A DNA stretch of 36,261 bases from positions 1-36,261 of the forward strand of contig JAVEBF010000062.1 of the NCBI GenBank assembly GCA_051941275.1. The letters run 5' to 3'. How positions within the stretch are numbered: position 1 is the first letter of the stretch; every line of letters starts with the position of its first letter. Below, piece after piece: positions 23,562 to 36,261 of the stretch. The notes below the pieces were generated by a model that searched no databases, was not told the DNA's origin, and was given only the letters and a program-made list of their open reading frames with translations. The DNA is from Dirinaria sp. TL-2023a (lineage: Eukaryota). Made by a program: the position numbers and the translations under genes.

Positions 23562-25003
23562 ATCGAATTCAGAACTACCGGAGATGTGGCAACGCAGAGG
23601 CTGTTTGTGGATTATGAACCAGGGACGAGGCAGAAAGAGCTGGGGGACAGCTTCGTAATGGGTTGTTCGTGGTCAAATCATAGATCGATCGACGCAGATG
23701 CTCGGGCTTTTTGAGGACCAAGCCCCTTCTTACAAGTTAGGCATTACTCCATCCCAATTCTACATAGACAAATGATTTTCAATTGATCATTCTCGTCAGG
23801 GTTCTGGCGTTCGTCTTACTGGGCTGGTTCTTTCTACTCCATGACATTCCGCATTTCGCGAGTTCACACTAGGGTCGCCGTCTCACAGTCGTCATGCACA
23901 GCTTTAAGTAGGCTGATATAGTTTTAGCATTCCCCATCAAGGATGAGATATCGCTCTACTCCATAGCTTCGAAATCGGCTCGTTCTGTAGTCATCTGTCT
24001 TGCACCACGTCGATCGTGGCTACAATACAACTGCGGCTCCAAGGCTCCTATCAATCGAAAAACGCCAAGGCTAAGTAGGCGCCGAGGGGGTTGGTGGCAG
24101 ACCTTGTGATCAATAATCATGGAGGGAGCAAAGGATCGGTCGCAAAGAATGAGAAAGGTTGGGGTGGACGAAAGCTTGGCAGGTATTACTTTATTTTATT
24201 ATTTGCCTTTGCCAATAGAATCTCCCTGTTTGTCTTCCTCCTAGCCGGAGGCGCTGTTCAAGGTTCTCCCAATGATCGGTCGCAGCTTCATGATTCCAGA
24301 GCATTCCTCATCCGCAAAGCTTAAAGAATATGGTATTCCAAAGATCATACAAATCGCTGCTTCGGACATCTGCCGGATCAATAACCGTAGCCGAAGCTGC
24401 CTTGGCTCGCTTGGCGATGATGCTTGTGGCTCATGTGGCAGTGCAGTCACGTGGAGCTTTCGGATCACCCTCAAAATCCGGCTGCGCAAGCAAGGAACGA
24501 GAGCGAGAGAGGAAGCTGACATTTCCGTTGCGCCTCCCGAATAACGATGGCTTAGAGCTTCCTTACAGAATTCTCTGTCTGCTGCCTTCTTCTGTCGTCT
24601 ACATGACTCGAAGAATGCGGGTGAGTGAGTATCCGGGCACAGGCTTCCTTGGCATGTCTTGTTCTATGGGTAGGGATTTTCAGAGGTCTCAGACTACTGA
24701 GCTTTAGCTCCGCTGATGTTAGGAGCGGCATTCGTAATGATCCAGGCAGTGCTCAGGCAGACTCGTGACGCGGAAAATATGGGCAATACGATCTGACAGC
24801 AGCATGCGCAGAAGGCACTGGATCACAATCTGACAAGCGCTCCCTACTCTGGAGCATGAATATGTACTGTATAGGTAGTGTAGGTTAAAAAGACGGCCTG
24901 TAGATGGGATAGTTTTCGTTCAGGAGGCGACAGTGAGTGTTTCATCAGTGCCTCGTGCAGGTATCGAAGAGGCGATAGAACGTCTCTATCCCTCTAGCCG
25001 CGG

Positions 25004-25315
25004 GTGGCTGCAGAGGATCGATCTTAGCGCCCTGGTCCCATGAAAACCGCGAGTCTGGATAGGAGATTGGCTGATCGAGAAGCCTTGAAGCTAACCTGGC
25101 CCAGCTTCTTGGGAAGACGTTCGGCTGGACTAGATGACGACGAAAACTGCGCCCATGTATTGGCAAACCATGGCATGGGGTATTCGAGGGCGCCTCCTCG
25201 CAGGTGTGTCTGGGCAAGAGGGCTGTGCAAAAATTGCCTTCCTACGACCTACGCCCCGCAAGTAATATGTCTGTATACTTATCTTACTATTCACCCTGAG
25301 CCTTACTCGTGGCTG
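25004..25315 (+). promoter_or_regulatory. Possible calcineurin/Crz1 response elements upstream of the Ca2+ pump
   Basis: GTGGCTG at 25004-25010 and 25309-25315; PMC1 genes are established Crz1 targets. The motif is short and could be chance. Confidence 0.3.
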
Positions 25316-25400
25316 AGGTTCAGCTGAGGTATAGGATACGGTCACTGTCATCGCTGAAAGTGGCTTTCTACTCTTTTTTCGTTTTCTTGTTCAGTTCATA

Positions 25401-28400
25401 ATGCCTTCGCATGACCTTCTCGCGCCGCCCATAGCGATACAGCCTGCAGTCAGTGGGACGCTCACGCTTCCAGGAAGCAGCTAACATGCCGCAGGCTCAC
25501 CATTCAGATCCGGCGCCGTCAGACTTGGAGGACTGTCCCACAACACCCACAACTACAGATCACCCTCCGCTCTCCCTGCAAGTTCCCTCATCACCTTCAG
25601 CGCCATCATTAAGCGGCGATACATTAAGGTCTAGAGCCAATTCCTTTAATTCAACAGCGGAGACAGCTCGTTCCAGGGCTGGCTCAGATGTCCAGACGAT
25701 ACGATCGAGGTTTGATGGGGATGATCTATCCCCAGCGGAGGCCTTGGCGCCAGACAAGACGAACGAGGAGGACTTTGAACCCAAGGATAGCCCATTCGCA
25801 TTCTCCCAAGGCCAATTAAACAAATTGTTGAACCCAAAATCATTAGCTGCATACAGAGCTTTGGGTGGGATTCGGGGGTTGGAGCAAGGACTGCAGACGG
25901 ATCTTGTGGCTGGATTGAGTGTCGATGAGACCACGATATCAGAGAACGTGACTTTCGAGACAGCAACCCAGTCTGCGAAGGCCAAAAAGATTCAGGATTC
26001 GCAGCCGATTCTCGAACAAGGAAAAGTTGTCACGGATCACAAAGTTGACGGACAGTATCATGACAGAAGACGGATATTTAAAGACAACCGGCTGCCCACT
26101 AAGCAGTCACTCAGTATCTGGAGACTTTTTTGGAATGCCTACAATGACCGCATACTCATCATTCTTACAGCAGCGGCGATTATTTCCCTTGCGCTTGGTG
26201 TGTACGAAGCTGTGGGTCAGCAGAGATCGCCGCAAGAACCTCAGTCTCTGGACTGGGTCGAAGGCTTAGCTATCGAAGTAGCTGTTGTCATTGTCGTGCT
26301 GGTCACGGGTGTGAACGACTACCGAAGAGAAAAGCAGTTTGTGGCCCTCAATGCAAAGAAAGACGATCGGCAAGTTAAAGCCATCCGCTCTGGGAAGTCA
26401 ATCATGATCTCCGTCTTTGACATTATGGTTGGTGATGTCTTGCATTTGGAGTCAGGAGATTCTATACCTGCGGATGGCATACTGATCAGTGGTCATGGCA
26501 TCCGATGCGACGAGTCTTCGGCAACGGGGGAGTCAGATGCCATGAAGAAGACCGGAGGTGAAGAAGTCTGGACCCGGATCCAGAATGGAACAGCGACATC
26601 AAAGCTCGACCCTTTCATAATCTCTGGCAGTAAGGTTTTGGAAGGCGTTGGAACATACTTGGTCACCTCCGTGGGCGTCAATAGCAGTTTCGGCAAGATC
26701 ATGATGTCACTACAGACGGAGAATGAAGGTACACCTTTACAGGTCAAACTTGCTAACATGGCGAACTGGATTGGATACCTTGGAACCACTGCGGCCGGCC
26801 TATTATTCTTCATCTTGCTCATTCGCTTTCTTGCTGGACTGTCTGGTAACACCGACACACCTGCCGAAAAAGGGTCCGCTTTTCTAGACATACTCATTGT
26901 GGCCATTACCATTATCGTTGTCGCGGTGCCTGAAGGGCTCCCAGTGGCGGTAACTTTGGCATTGTCATTTGCAACCAAGAGGATGTTGAAAGAGAATAAT
27001 CTTGTTCGGCATCTAAGGGCTTGCGAGACCATGGGCAACGCCACTACTATATGCTCCGATAAAACAGGTACACTGACCCAGAACAGAATGACTGTCGTTG
27101 AAGGTACACTTGGAACGAAGGTCAAAATCACAAGTGGCCAATCTTCGAATGAAACGGCCGCCTTGTCTTTCTCTACAGCTTTCTCAGGATTGTCACCCAG
27201 CGTTAGGAACCTTCTACTGCAATCCTGTGCCATCAATTCAACGGCATTTGAAGGCGAGGAAGATGGCAAGGCTACATTCATCGGGTCGAAGACCGAGACC
27301 GCAATATTAACGCTTGCAAAAGAGCACCTGGGCATGGGCCCTGTAGCCGAAGAGCGCGCAGGTGTCGAGCTTGTACAACTCATCCCTTTCGATTCCGATA
27401 GGAAGTGCATGGGCGTAGTCATTAGACTATCCTCTGGCCACTACAGACTCCTTGTAAAAGGCGCCGCTGAGATATTGCTCAAGAGAGCGACCAGTGAGCT
27501 CGTCGACAAATCACAAGACACGTTATCTGAGACAGATATATCTGTCGCATCAAGGTCTAGAGCATCCGAAACCATCGAGGACTTCGCCTCGCAATCGCTG
27601 AGAACAATAGCGATGCTGTACCGAGATTTTCCACAGTGGCCTCCAACAGAAGCCCGCAGGCTGGAAGAAGACGCTTCTGTGGCGGTGTTTGAAGATGTTT
27701 TCGAGGACATGACCCTTTTGGCCATTTTCGGTATCCAAGATCCTCTCCGCGAGGGTGTCTCGAAAGCAGTCAAACAGTGCCAGGACGCGGGCGTTGTAGT
27801 CCGCATGGTGACCGGCGACAATGTAATTACAGCTAATGCCATCGCTACCCAGTGTGGAATCAAGACGCCTGAAGGGCTTGTGATGGAGGGTCCCAAATTC
27901 CGCCAGCTCTCAGATGAAGACATGGACGCCATCCTTCCCAAACTTCAAGTCCTCGCTCGCTCATCCCCAGATGACAAGCGCATTCTCGTATCACGTCTGA
28001 AGCACCTCGGCGAAACAGTTGCTGTGACCGGAGATGGCACTAATGATGGGCCTGCTCTGAAATTGGCTGACGTGGGCTTTTCGATGGGCATTGCAGGGAC
28101 CGAAGTTGCGAAAGAAGCCAGCGCTATCATTCTCATGGATGACAACTTCTCCAGCATTGTGAAAGCCATAATGTGGGGAAGATCGGTCAACGATGCAGTT
28201 TCCAAATTCTTGCAATTTCAAATCACAGTCAACATCACTGCGGTAGTCCTCGCGTTCGTTTCCGCCGTTGCAAGTCCAGATATGCACTCCGTCCTGTCGG
28301 CCGTGCAGCTCCTGTGGGTCAATCTAATCATGGATACTTTCGCAGCTCTAGCTTTAGCGACCGATGCTCCTACCGAGAAGATCCTGGACCGCCCTCCAGT

Positions 28401-29160
28401 CCCGAAAAGAGCAGCGTTGATAACGACTAACATGTGGAAAATGATCATTGGGCAAGCTGTATATCAGCTCGTGGTGACATTCACCCTCTATTTTGCCGGC
28501 GCCAAGATCCTACATTATGATCTCGCTGCGAACGGCGGCATATTAAAAACCGAGCTTGATACCATTGTCTTCAATACTTTCGTCTGGATGCAGATCTTCA
28601 ACGAGTTCAACAATCGGCGCCTGGACAATAAGTTCAATATCTTCGAAGGGGTGCACAAGAACATGTTCTTCATTGGCATCAACGCGATCATGGTTGGCGG
28701 CCAGATTATGATCATCTTCGTTGGCGGCAAGGCATTCCAAATCAAGAGGATTGGCGGCAGCCAATGGGCGATTTCCATACTCTGCGCCTTGCCTTGTCTC
28801 CTATGGGCGGTGTTGCTTAGATGCATTCCTGATCAGTACGCAGCGGCTTTCTTCGGTTTTGTCGGGCGCATTTGGTTCGCTGTGGCTATGCCGGCCTTGA
28901 GAGTTCTTGCGGCTGTCTTCGCACCTGTGGGCAAGGGGTGCAAGGCTTATTCAAAACATGTCGCACAACCCACGAAGCGTTTTTGCAAGCGCACCACGAG
29001 AAAAATTTTCAGGAAGCCTGCGCAAGAGGATGACTTACCGTCGAAAGATGAAGAAGCTGCTACTGAGCTAAGCAAGACGATTTCACCAACTACACCTATG
29101 ACTCCCCCAAGCGCGGGCCTGCCGTTGCAGCCACCGCCCATCACACTGACGGCTGCTTAA
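25401..29160 (+). CDS. PMC1: Ca2+-transporting P-type ATPase, PMCA/Pmc1 (P2B) type
   Basis: Exon 1 25401-25448 (MPSHDLLAPPIAIQPA), intron 25449-25494 (GTCAGT..GCTAAC..CAG), exon 2 25495-29160. Motifs DESSATGES, VAVPEGLP, CSDKTGTLT, KGAAE, MVTGDN, VTGDGTNDGPAL, QLLWVNLIMDT. Confidence 0.95.
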
Positions 29161-30021
29161 CGCCTTGCAAACTCCAATACTCGTCATTCGATTTGTCGAT
29201 TCTTTGTACATATTCTACGCATATCAGCGGCGCATAAGGGAGGAGCAGCATTGGGCCATCCTGGCTAGGGAGGTATACAACTTGTCAGAAGGTCTCTCTA
29301 TTTGACCATATATGATTTGATGTAATAAAGGCATCATGATAGCGCTACGGATATGCCTTTTGCAGGCCTAGAAAGAAATGTATATATAATCAGTATATTG
29401 TTAGAACTACGCGCTTTCTTGCTCGCCCTTTGTCTCAGTACTTGAAGCAAGCGCCTCTCTCCTTTTCTCACGCTGCAAATTGCTAAAAATTCATACCATC
29501 TTGTAATCTTAGCTGTGATTACTTGAGTATCACATATTCAACATGAAAAGGCTTTGTGTAAATACTCTGAGATCCATGCCAATCTATGACTTTGGCTTCA
29601 GCTTTGAAACCCGTACCAGCCCAGACTTCCTACTGGCCGAAGGTGATGTATGAATTCCGCTGACTCGGATGCGATAGCAGAAAGGTTTAGGGTTCTACTG
29701 GGTTTACTGGACTGTCGTTTCTGTGTTCGTCTCAGGGCTCTCTCTTACGACTTGTTCAATCACTGTCCAGTGGAATCTATGACCCGTAGAAACAGTTGCA
29801 GTCTCAAAAATAACGGGAAGCTAGTATGTCGACAAGTGTGGGCCCAGATTCGGACTCTTAGAATCACGAGAAACTCGAAGCGTATAAAGAGTACATATTT
29901 GCTTTTCTTCCAAGCCGAATAGTCTTTGATAAGAGGAATTGATATTATTTTCTCACAAAAATGACATCTACTTAAGACCTAGCTCGAAACTACTATAACT
30001 TGACCTGTGCCGGACTTGGAG

Positions 30022-30595
30022 ATGGAAGGGCATGCAGATGAGGTTCTAGAAGCAAGAGACGCCGGCATCATAGTCTCTCTCACACACTCACCGCTCGACA
30101 TCACAGATGTCGTAGCTAGTGTCAAGAGCTCCCAAGCCGGCGCCGTGGTTCTCTTCGCCGGTACCTCAATCTCAATGCTATGAGAAGCTCACAAACAACT
30201 GCTAAACCTGAATATCAGGCACGACGCGCGACAACTTCGCCGGCAAACCGGTGGAGCAGCTGGAGTACACGGCATATCCTCCCCTCGCGCTGCGCACCAT
30301 GCTCGGAATCGCCCGGGCAGTGAAAGCCAAGCATGAACTGACTGCCATCCGCATGAGCCATCGGCTAGGGATTGTCCCCATTGGTGAGGAAAGTATCCTG
30401 ATCGCGGTTTCGGCACCTCATCGGCACGCGGCCTGGAAAGCGGGAGAGGAGGCTTTGGAGGAATGTAAAGACAAAGTCGAGGTTTGGAAATTGGAGCAGT
30501 TCGGAGGGGAGGAGGGAGGGGTTTGGAGAGCAAACAGAGATGGAGCGCTGGGCTCGCCATTAAGAGCAGATGAGAAGGAGGCGGCTGGCGCATGA
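30022..30595 (+). CDS. cnxH: Molybdopterin synthase catalytic (large) subunit, MoaE/MOCS2B family
   Basis: Exons 30022-30160 and 30219-30595: SPLDITDVVASVKSSQAGAVVLFAG|TTRDNFAGKPVEQLEYTAY..HRLGIVPIGEESILIAVSAPHR..KDKVEVWKLE. Confidence 0.92.
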
Positions 30596-31054
30596 CATTT
30601 TCGGTAAGTTGGTTTCACCTCTGCTCACACATCCGTCGTAGCACAGTGCTTTTCATAAATGCCTATTTGAGTACTCTGTTCGGCGTAATAACTTTCCAGA
30701 TCTCTGATGCTCACTGGGGGTGGGGGGAAGGCCGGATTGATGACACTCTAGGACGGAACACAGATCCTGACCAAAGTCAGACTATAATGGATTTTACCAT
30801 GGCCAGGTCTGGGGAAAATCACGTCTTAACAGGATGACGCCCTGTGGTTGGACAGCACGACAATGTGGGATCGAGGGTTCCACGATGAATGACGTTGCGG
30901 CTAATCCTAGCTACCTTATCTGTCCCTTACCTTAGTTAAGACATGGGACTTAGTAAGGTACGAGTACCTGTTTGTCCCCTTCTGACGTAACAGCTGCCAA
31001 TGTATCTCTACTCAAAATATCCGCTGTGTCCACCAGCAACAAGAATAACGTACT

Positions 31055-32242
31055 ATGCAAAGCATACGAGCCACTGCACGAGCTGAACGCACCGTCCGTG
31101 TGAACCCTCAGGCTTGCTAGCTGCGCCGACAGTCAACCCGGACCAGTGGTAGTGGTAGCCTCCTACAGAGTGTGGCAGGAGGCTTGATAGGTGGATCGAC
31201 AGTATTTCTCATTGGCTATGGCTACTACCATTTCTCAGGCATTAAAACCTTTGTCAATACTGCACGAGAGACCCAAGAGTCATTCGAGAAGTATAAGGAT
31301 CAGCTTAAGCAGTCTACACCGGAACCAAGTGAGGCGCTGCAATGGCTACGACAAACGGCCAACTCTTACGTAGCTTTCATTCCCGGAGGGAAGAGCTTCG
31401 TAGATAAAGTGTTCAATGATGTAGATGCTATCCAGCGGAAGCATGGAGCGGAGGTAGACCAGATTGTGAAAGATGCTTATAAGGAATTCAAGAGCATCTC
31501 AAACGAGAGCCTCAATGTTGCAACGGCCTAGAAAGCGTGGGGTATTTTCGAAAAACATATGAAGCGACTTGGAGACCTGGCTGGAGATTCCGCGCAGGAA
31601 ATAATCAACAACCACCCGATGCTGAAAGAGAAGGTTGGTGGCAGTCTTAACCAATTGAAGCAAATGGGCGAGAACTATGGCCCCGAAGCCAAGAAACAGG
31701 TCGATGAGACATGGGACCAGATCCGCTGAATTATGAAGGAAGGGTTTAGTCTCTCTAGCGTACCCAAAATACAATCCTTGGTGCAGAATAAAATCCAAAC
31801 AATGCAAGAGATGGGGAACAAGGCCTGGGAGAAAAGCATGGAGCAAGCGAAACCATATTTGGACAAATCGCCGAAGGTCAAAGAGTTGGTGGAGAAGAAT
31901 GCCAAATATTTGAAGCAAGGAAATGTCAATGAGCTTTATGAGAAGGTTAAAGAAGCCGTGCAATCCGGTAGCACAGGAAACTTGGAGAAGTACATTCGCG
32001 GCACAGCTGAAAAGGCCAAGCAAGGCGGCGGCGGCAGCGGGCTCGAGCAGTACATGAACATGGTCCCAGGCGGTAGTGACGTTCTTTCGAAACTCTCACA
32101 ACTACAAGAAATGGCACAAGAACATGGCGAGGAGGCGGAGAAGATTGCAAAGAGCACGGTCGAAGAGATCCAGCAGATACTGCAGAAGAAGGTCGGAGAA
32201 GCGCAGGAGCTGGCCAAGGAGTCGCAAAAGAAAGCGGAATAG
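31055..32242 (+). pseudogene. Helical-bundle (apolipoprotein-like) fungal protein gene with three in-frame stops
   Basis: One frame from ATG 31055 to TAG 32242 (396 codons), interrupted by TAG 31118-20, TAG 31529-31 and TGA 31727-29. Arg-rich presequence-like N-terminus, one TM segment (GGLIGGSTVFLIGYGYYHFSG), then amphipathic K/E/Q-rich helices. No splice signals were found around the stops. Confidence 0.8.
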
Positions 32243-33182
32243 TTTTCTCCCTGACGTCTTACCCGATTGCCTCCTACAGATCTTACACGCTCTCTGTGTT
32301 CGACCGTGGTTCTCCTGTATATCCTTCATTATTATCAGCAGAGCGCAAGCGTTAGCAGCATCTCGCATAAGGATAAGACTAGGTTGGCGCGTACCAGAAG
32401 CGCCGCGTGTCGGGCGTCATCAGGTCATTGAGTGCATCCTCTCAAAAGGTCTTTACCACTCTTCAATCTGTAAATAGGGGCATGAAAGGGAGCATATCCT
32501 GGTTTTGAAGTTCTGCGACTTGCAATTGCGCGACTGCTTATGCTTATATTCTGGCTCTCTTAACATGAGCGCTCAATGAACTGCTTTCTATGTAGATCAA
32601 ACGAGCTGATAAAATGATAATTCAAGGAGGAATGATGATGCGTGTGAGATGTAGTTGTTTCATGCCGAGACGGAGAGATATCATAAGCGCTTCGCGAATC
32701 ACGCTAAGGATCAGGGCATCCGAACCAGCAACCTACATACATTAATTTGCCTTGTTCTCTCCTGCTCCTAGCCCCTCCCCATTCTCCGCTACCTACAACC
32801 ACTACCTTCAGAGACTGAGTGGATTTAGAATCATCTGTTAGACCTGAAAATCCCTATTGCCCCGGCTTCTGCTCTTTTCATGGGCGAATCCGCCGATGGG
32901 CTTGACCCGCTAGCGGCAGCTGGTTGAACTACCTTACAAAGAGAAGGAATTTTTCGCCGAAGAAACAGCTTTGCTGCAGCGCTATCCAACCAGGACTGTC
33001 TAAAGACCATTACTGTACTCGACCAGTCTGGAGAATTGCAAACAGGACTAGGCAGTGCTGCGCTGGAAGACCCAAGTATCCTAAGCTCTAAACATTGGCT
33101 GCCACAACATTAAGCAGCAATAAGAGTCCACGAGATATCTTGAGACGACTCGACCCCTCAGCCCGGAAGATCGCTGCCAACA

Positions 33183-34873
33183 ATGTCCTCGGACCAACCT
33201 CTCCCATCCCCCTCGGATATCGACCGCACTCGCCCCATGGCTTCTCCTGCCCCTCTTCTCCGCCCCCCTATCCCCGGCGCGGGGCGCTCCAGCTCTGGGA
33301 CGCGCACCCCTCGTCTCGGTCTTGCCATTCCTCCATCTCCTAACCAAAAGCCTGTTGCAGGCAATAATCCTGTCCCGGACCTACCTTCCCTTCAACCTTC
33401 CTCGCGTCCCTCCTCCCGCCCCGCACCTCCACAGCTGAGACTCGCCACACCGATGGGCAGTAATGCTACGCCTCGAGAAGAGGCACTGGCAAGTGGCAGA
33501 CCGCCACCGCAGCCGCAAGTCAGTGGCTCAGCGGGAGGAGGCAGTGACGGCAGTGGCCATTCACGGTCTGACAGCTTTACCATGGTGGACGGCCGGACCA
33601 GTGGGCCTACTTCCGCCTCGTCATCAGGTTTCTCAAACGTGTCATATCCGACTGGGTCGTTACGGCATCCGACTGGGACGCCAGATCCGGCGAGCGCGAT
33701 CAGCTCGGTATACTCGACTGATATGGGCGGGGTATCGATGGAACGGGAGGGGAGCAACCATGTTTTGCCCGACCTTGAAAAGTTGAGCCTGGAGAAGGGC
33801 CGTGATCTGGACGTGGAGGACCTGGATGACGATGGATGGAAGGCGGCAAGCGAGCAGAAACAGATTGTGGAGATTGGGAGCCTGGGCGAAGGGGCCGGTG
33901 GTGCCGTCACCCTATGCAGGTTGAAGAAAGGAAAGACGCAATTTGCTCTAAAAGTATTCATCCTTACAAGATCCGCGTTTGCGCTTGTATTGCATCTTAG
34001 CTGACCAAAGACACGCGCAGATCATCACTATTGATCCAAACCCAGACGTCAAGAAGCAAATCAAGCGCGAGCTTGCCTTCAACAAAGAGTGCGCCAGCGA
34101 GCATATCTGCCAATACTACGGCCAATTCGACGATATTAGCGGTACCATCAGCATCGCGATGGAGTATTGCGAAGGAGGCTCCCTGGACGGTGTATACCGA
34201 GAAGTGAAGAAGCTGGGCGGCCGCACCGGGGAGAAAGTCCTCGGAAAAGTTGCCGAGGGCGTACTTCACGGCTTGACGCATCTACATGGAAGGAAAATTA
34301 TCCATCGCGATATCAAGCCGAGCAATATATTGCTTTGCCGCAGTGGACAAGTCAAGCTCTGCGATTTCGGCGTCTCAGGCGAGATTGGCACGAAAGGGGA
34401 CGCGAACACGTTCATCGGGACTAGCTACTACATGGCACCGGAGCGCATCACCGGCCAATCCTACACTATCACGTCTGACGTGTGGAGTTTGGGCGTGACC
34501 CTGCTGGAGGTTGCCCAGCACCGATTCCCCTTCCCAGCCGACGGCAGCGAGATGCAGCCTCGAGCGGGCCTGATCGATCTGCTCACGTATATTGTCCGGC
34601 AGCCGATACCGAAGTTGAAGGATGAGGTTGACGAGCACGGAAGGGGGATCAAGTGGGGGGAGAATTTCAAGTATTTTATCGAGTGCTGGCAAGTCTTCCC
34701 CTCGGTCCACTGTAGCGAACAGAGCTTGCTGATGTTGGTATAGTTTGGAGAAAGAGAATTCCAGGCGTGCAACGCCGTGGAGGATGCTCGAGCACCCGTG
34801 GATGGTAGAGATGAAGAGCAAACGGGTTAATATGCAGCATTTTCTCGCCACGGTCTGGGGCTGGAAAGAATGA
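33183..34873 (+). CDS. MKK1: MAP kinase kinase of the cell-wall-integrity pathway (Mkk1/Mkk2/Pek1 type), 3 exons
   Basis: Exons 33183-33953, 34021-34688, 34744-34873. [51 protein letters not shown]. The second intron is GCAAGT..TAG and restores [24 protein letters not shown]. Confidence 0.93.
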
Positions 34874-35413
34874 AGGGAGGTCCGAAGCGACCATCAGGCT
34901 TTTCTCTTGAATTTGAGGCAACGAGCCACAGCACAGCTTGCAATGGATTAATGGAGACCACAGGCTGGCGTAGGCGTTGCTTTTGGTGCCTGTAAGGTTT
35001 GGTGTTGTTACGAGCGCTCGGTGCACACGGTTTGGAATAGGGGTAATATTGTCTGCTGGTTAACGGGAAGCAGGGCTTTCGAGTACACCGTGGAGTGCCA
35101 AAAGTCGTAGTAGCATAATATGAGTCATTCGAGAGCCAACCTCAGGCCCAAACAGCCCCCGAGCCAATCACTTTTCTCCCTTCCGCATTCAACCGTCAAT
35201 AGTCGTGTCTTACAAACGTTTGAAGCATTCACTCGCTAAGTACACAAAGTTTCATCACAGTGTTATTGTCACTAGGGCGACCCCGGTAATATATTAATGA
35301 CAACACAGGCGCGTATGTCTGAATTTTAATCCCCCCCGCTGTCCCACATCAGCTACTACTTTATCAACAAGACACGGGAATTGTCCTACATTATTAGATT
35401 GAATTTCAGAATC

Positions 35414-35602
35414 ATGGACGTGGACCCAGTAGTGGTTCACGAGCCTCAGCTACCGAGTAATAATGACGACAAAAACAAGAAGAAGAGCCGCAAGAAGCCG
35501 CGGATGAGCAAAGCCGAGAAACTCGCTCGGCGGGCTTTGGAAGAAGGTAAGTTTAAAAAAACCAAAAAAAAAAAAAAAAAAATCCAGAAATCCGGGGGAG
35601 CC

Positions 35603-35636
<34 letters not shown>

Positions 35637-36261
35637 CCCTGCCCCTGATCTGCGAAAGAAAACCTCTTTGTATAACGTAACTCAAAGATGACCCTACCTT
35701 ACCTTATCTTTATTTTCACAGGCGCCGCACATCATCATCATCCTCATGGAGGCGAATCGCAATCCCGATCCCAATCCCAAGCCGCCGCCGTCATCATCTC
35801 AGCAGCACGGCGGCGACACATCCCGCGCGGATCCAACGCGGAGCAAATGCAGAACCACCGCTGGCTCGCTGCACAACCGGACATGGACCTTTCCACGCGG
35901 CGGGAACTGCGACGCTATTTCTCTCTCTGCTGCTCCTCCCGCTCCGGCCGCCGCGGTAGGAAAACCAATCATAATCCGGATTCCACAGCACCAAACCCAG
36001 CACCACCAGCACCCTCAACGCTCTCCGAAAAAGCCCAAGCCCTCCTGCACCGTCTCCAGCAGGAGCGCGACGCGGCGCTCGATGGACGCCTCGAGTATGT
36101 GACTAAGAATGATTGGTTTAGGAGGCCTGCCCGGGCTGAGGAATTGAGGGGGGATACTGACGTTGTGGATGAGCTGGCGCGGGTGTTGGGCCGGACGGGG
36201 TTTTTTAAGGAGAGGAGACTTAGGAAGAGGAAGATTAGGAATAGGGAGAGGGGTTTGAGGG
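35414..36261 (+). CDS. Hypothetical Lys/Arg-rich protein, 3' truncated by the window edge
   Basis: Exon 1 35414-35546 (MDVDPVVVHEPQ..KKKSRKKPRMSKAEKLARRALEE), intron 35547-35721 (GTAAGT..CAG). Exon 2 is open from 35722 to the end (QMQNHRWLAAQPDMDLSTRRELRRYF..LHRLQQERDAALDGRLEYV..). Confidence 0.6.
35606..35634. repeat. (AG)n microsatellite, next to a poly-A run, inside an intron
   Basis: About 14 AG units; poly-A at ~35564-35582. Confidence 0.9.

Noticed and set aside
25560..29144. Long antisense ORFs inside PMC1 (e.g. 26493..27422, 309 aa) and similar ones inside the other genes
   Set aside because: Shadow frames of the real sense-strand genes with no motifs of their own.
30912..30960. Imperfect inverted repeat TACCTTA..GTCCC/GGGAC..TAAGGTA as a MITE or ncRNA
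   Set aside because: Too short, with no target-site duplication or second copy in the window.
31118..31729. Genome-wide stop-codon reassignment (TAG=Gln) to explain the interrupted gene
   Set aside because: TAG ends the helicase and several other genes, and TGA ends cnxH and the MAPKK at expected positions.
35746..36102. ORF-track protein MEANRNPDP... as the last gene
   Set aside because: The splice phase from exon 35414-35546 selects the -1 frame, which stays open to the window end.

Overview
Eukaryotic, intron-containing DNA from a filamentous ascomycete (Pezizomycotina). Evidence: short GT-AG introns with CTRAC/CTAAC branch points. All intact protein genes lie on the + strand, and the ORF track splits most of them. 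Recognisable genes: a Ded1-like DEAD-box helicase (13580-15646, 8 exons), a Pmc1/PMCA-type Ca2+ P-type ATPase (25401-29160), the molybdopterin synthase catalytic subunit MoaE/CnxH (30022-30595) and an Mkk1/Mkk2-type MAPKK with a GC-AG intron (33183-34873). There is also a secreted, probably GPI-anchored repeat protein (2116-5407) and several hypothetical genes. Two neighbouring hypothetical genes (18926-20728 and 22149-23561) share an unrecognised ~100-aa domain. One gene (31055-32242) has three in-frame stops and no frameshift, and there are several older gene relics. The most notable element is a ~2.5 kb ORF-poor, heavily self-complementary region just downstream of the helicase (~16035-18550). 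It has a TATA box, nested long-range helices, a U-rich/A-rich pseudoknot and a C-rich template-like motif, and is best explained as the telomerase RNA gene. Its template would imply a non-TTAGGG telomere repeat. All structures were derived by eye; no folding or database search was run.
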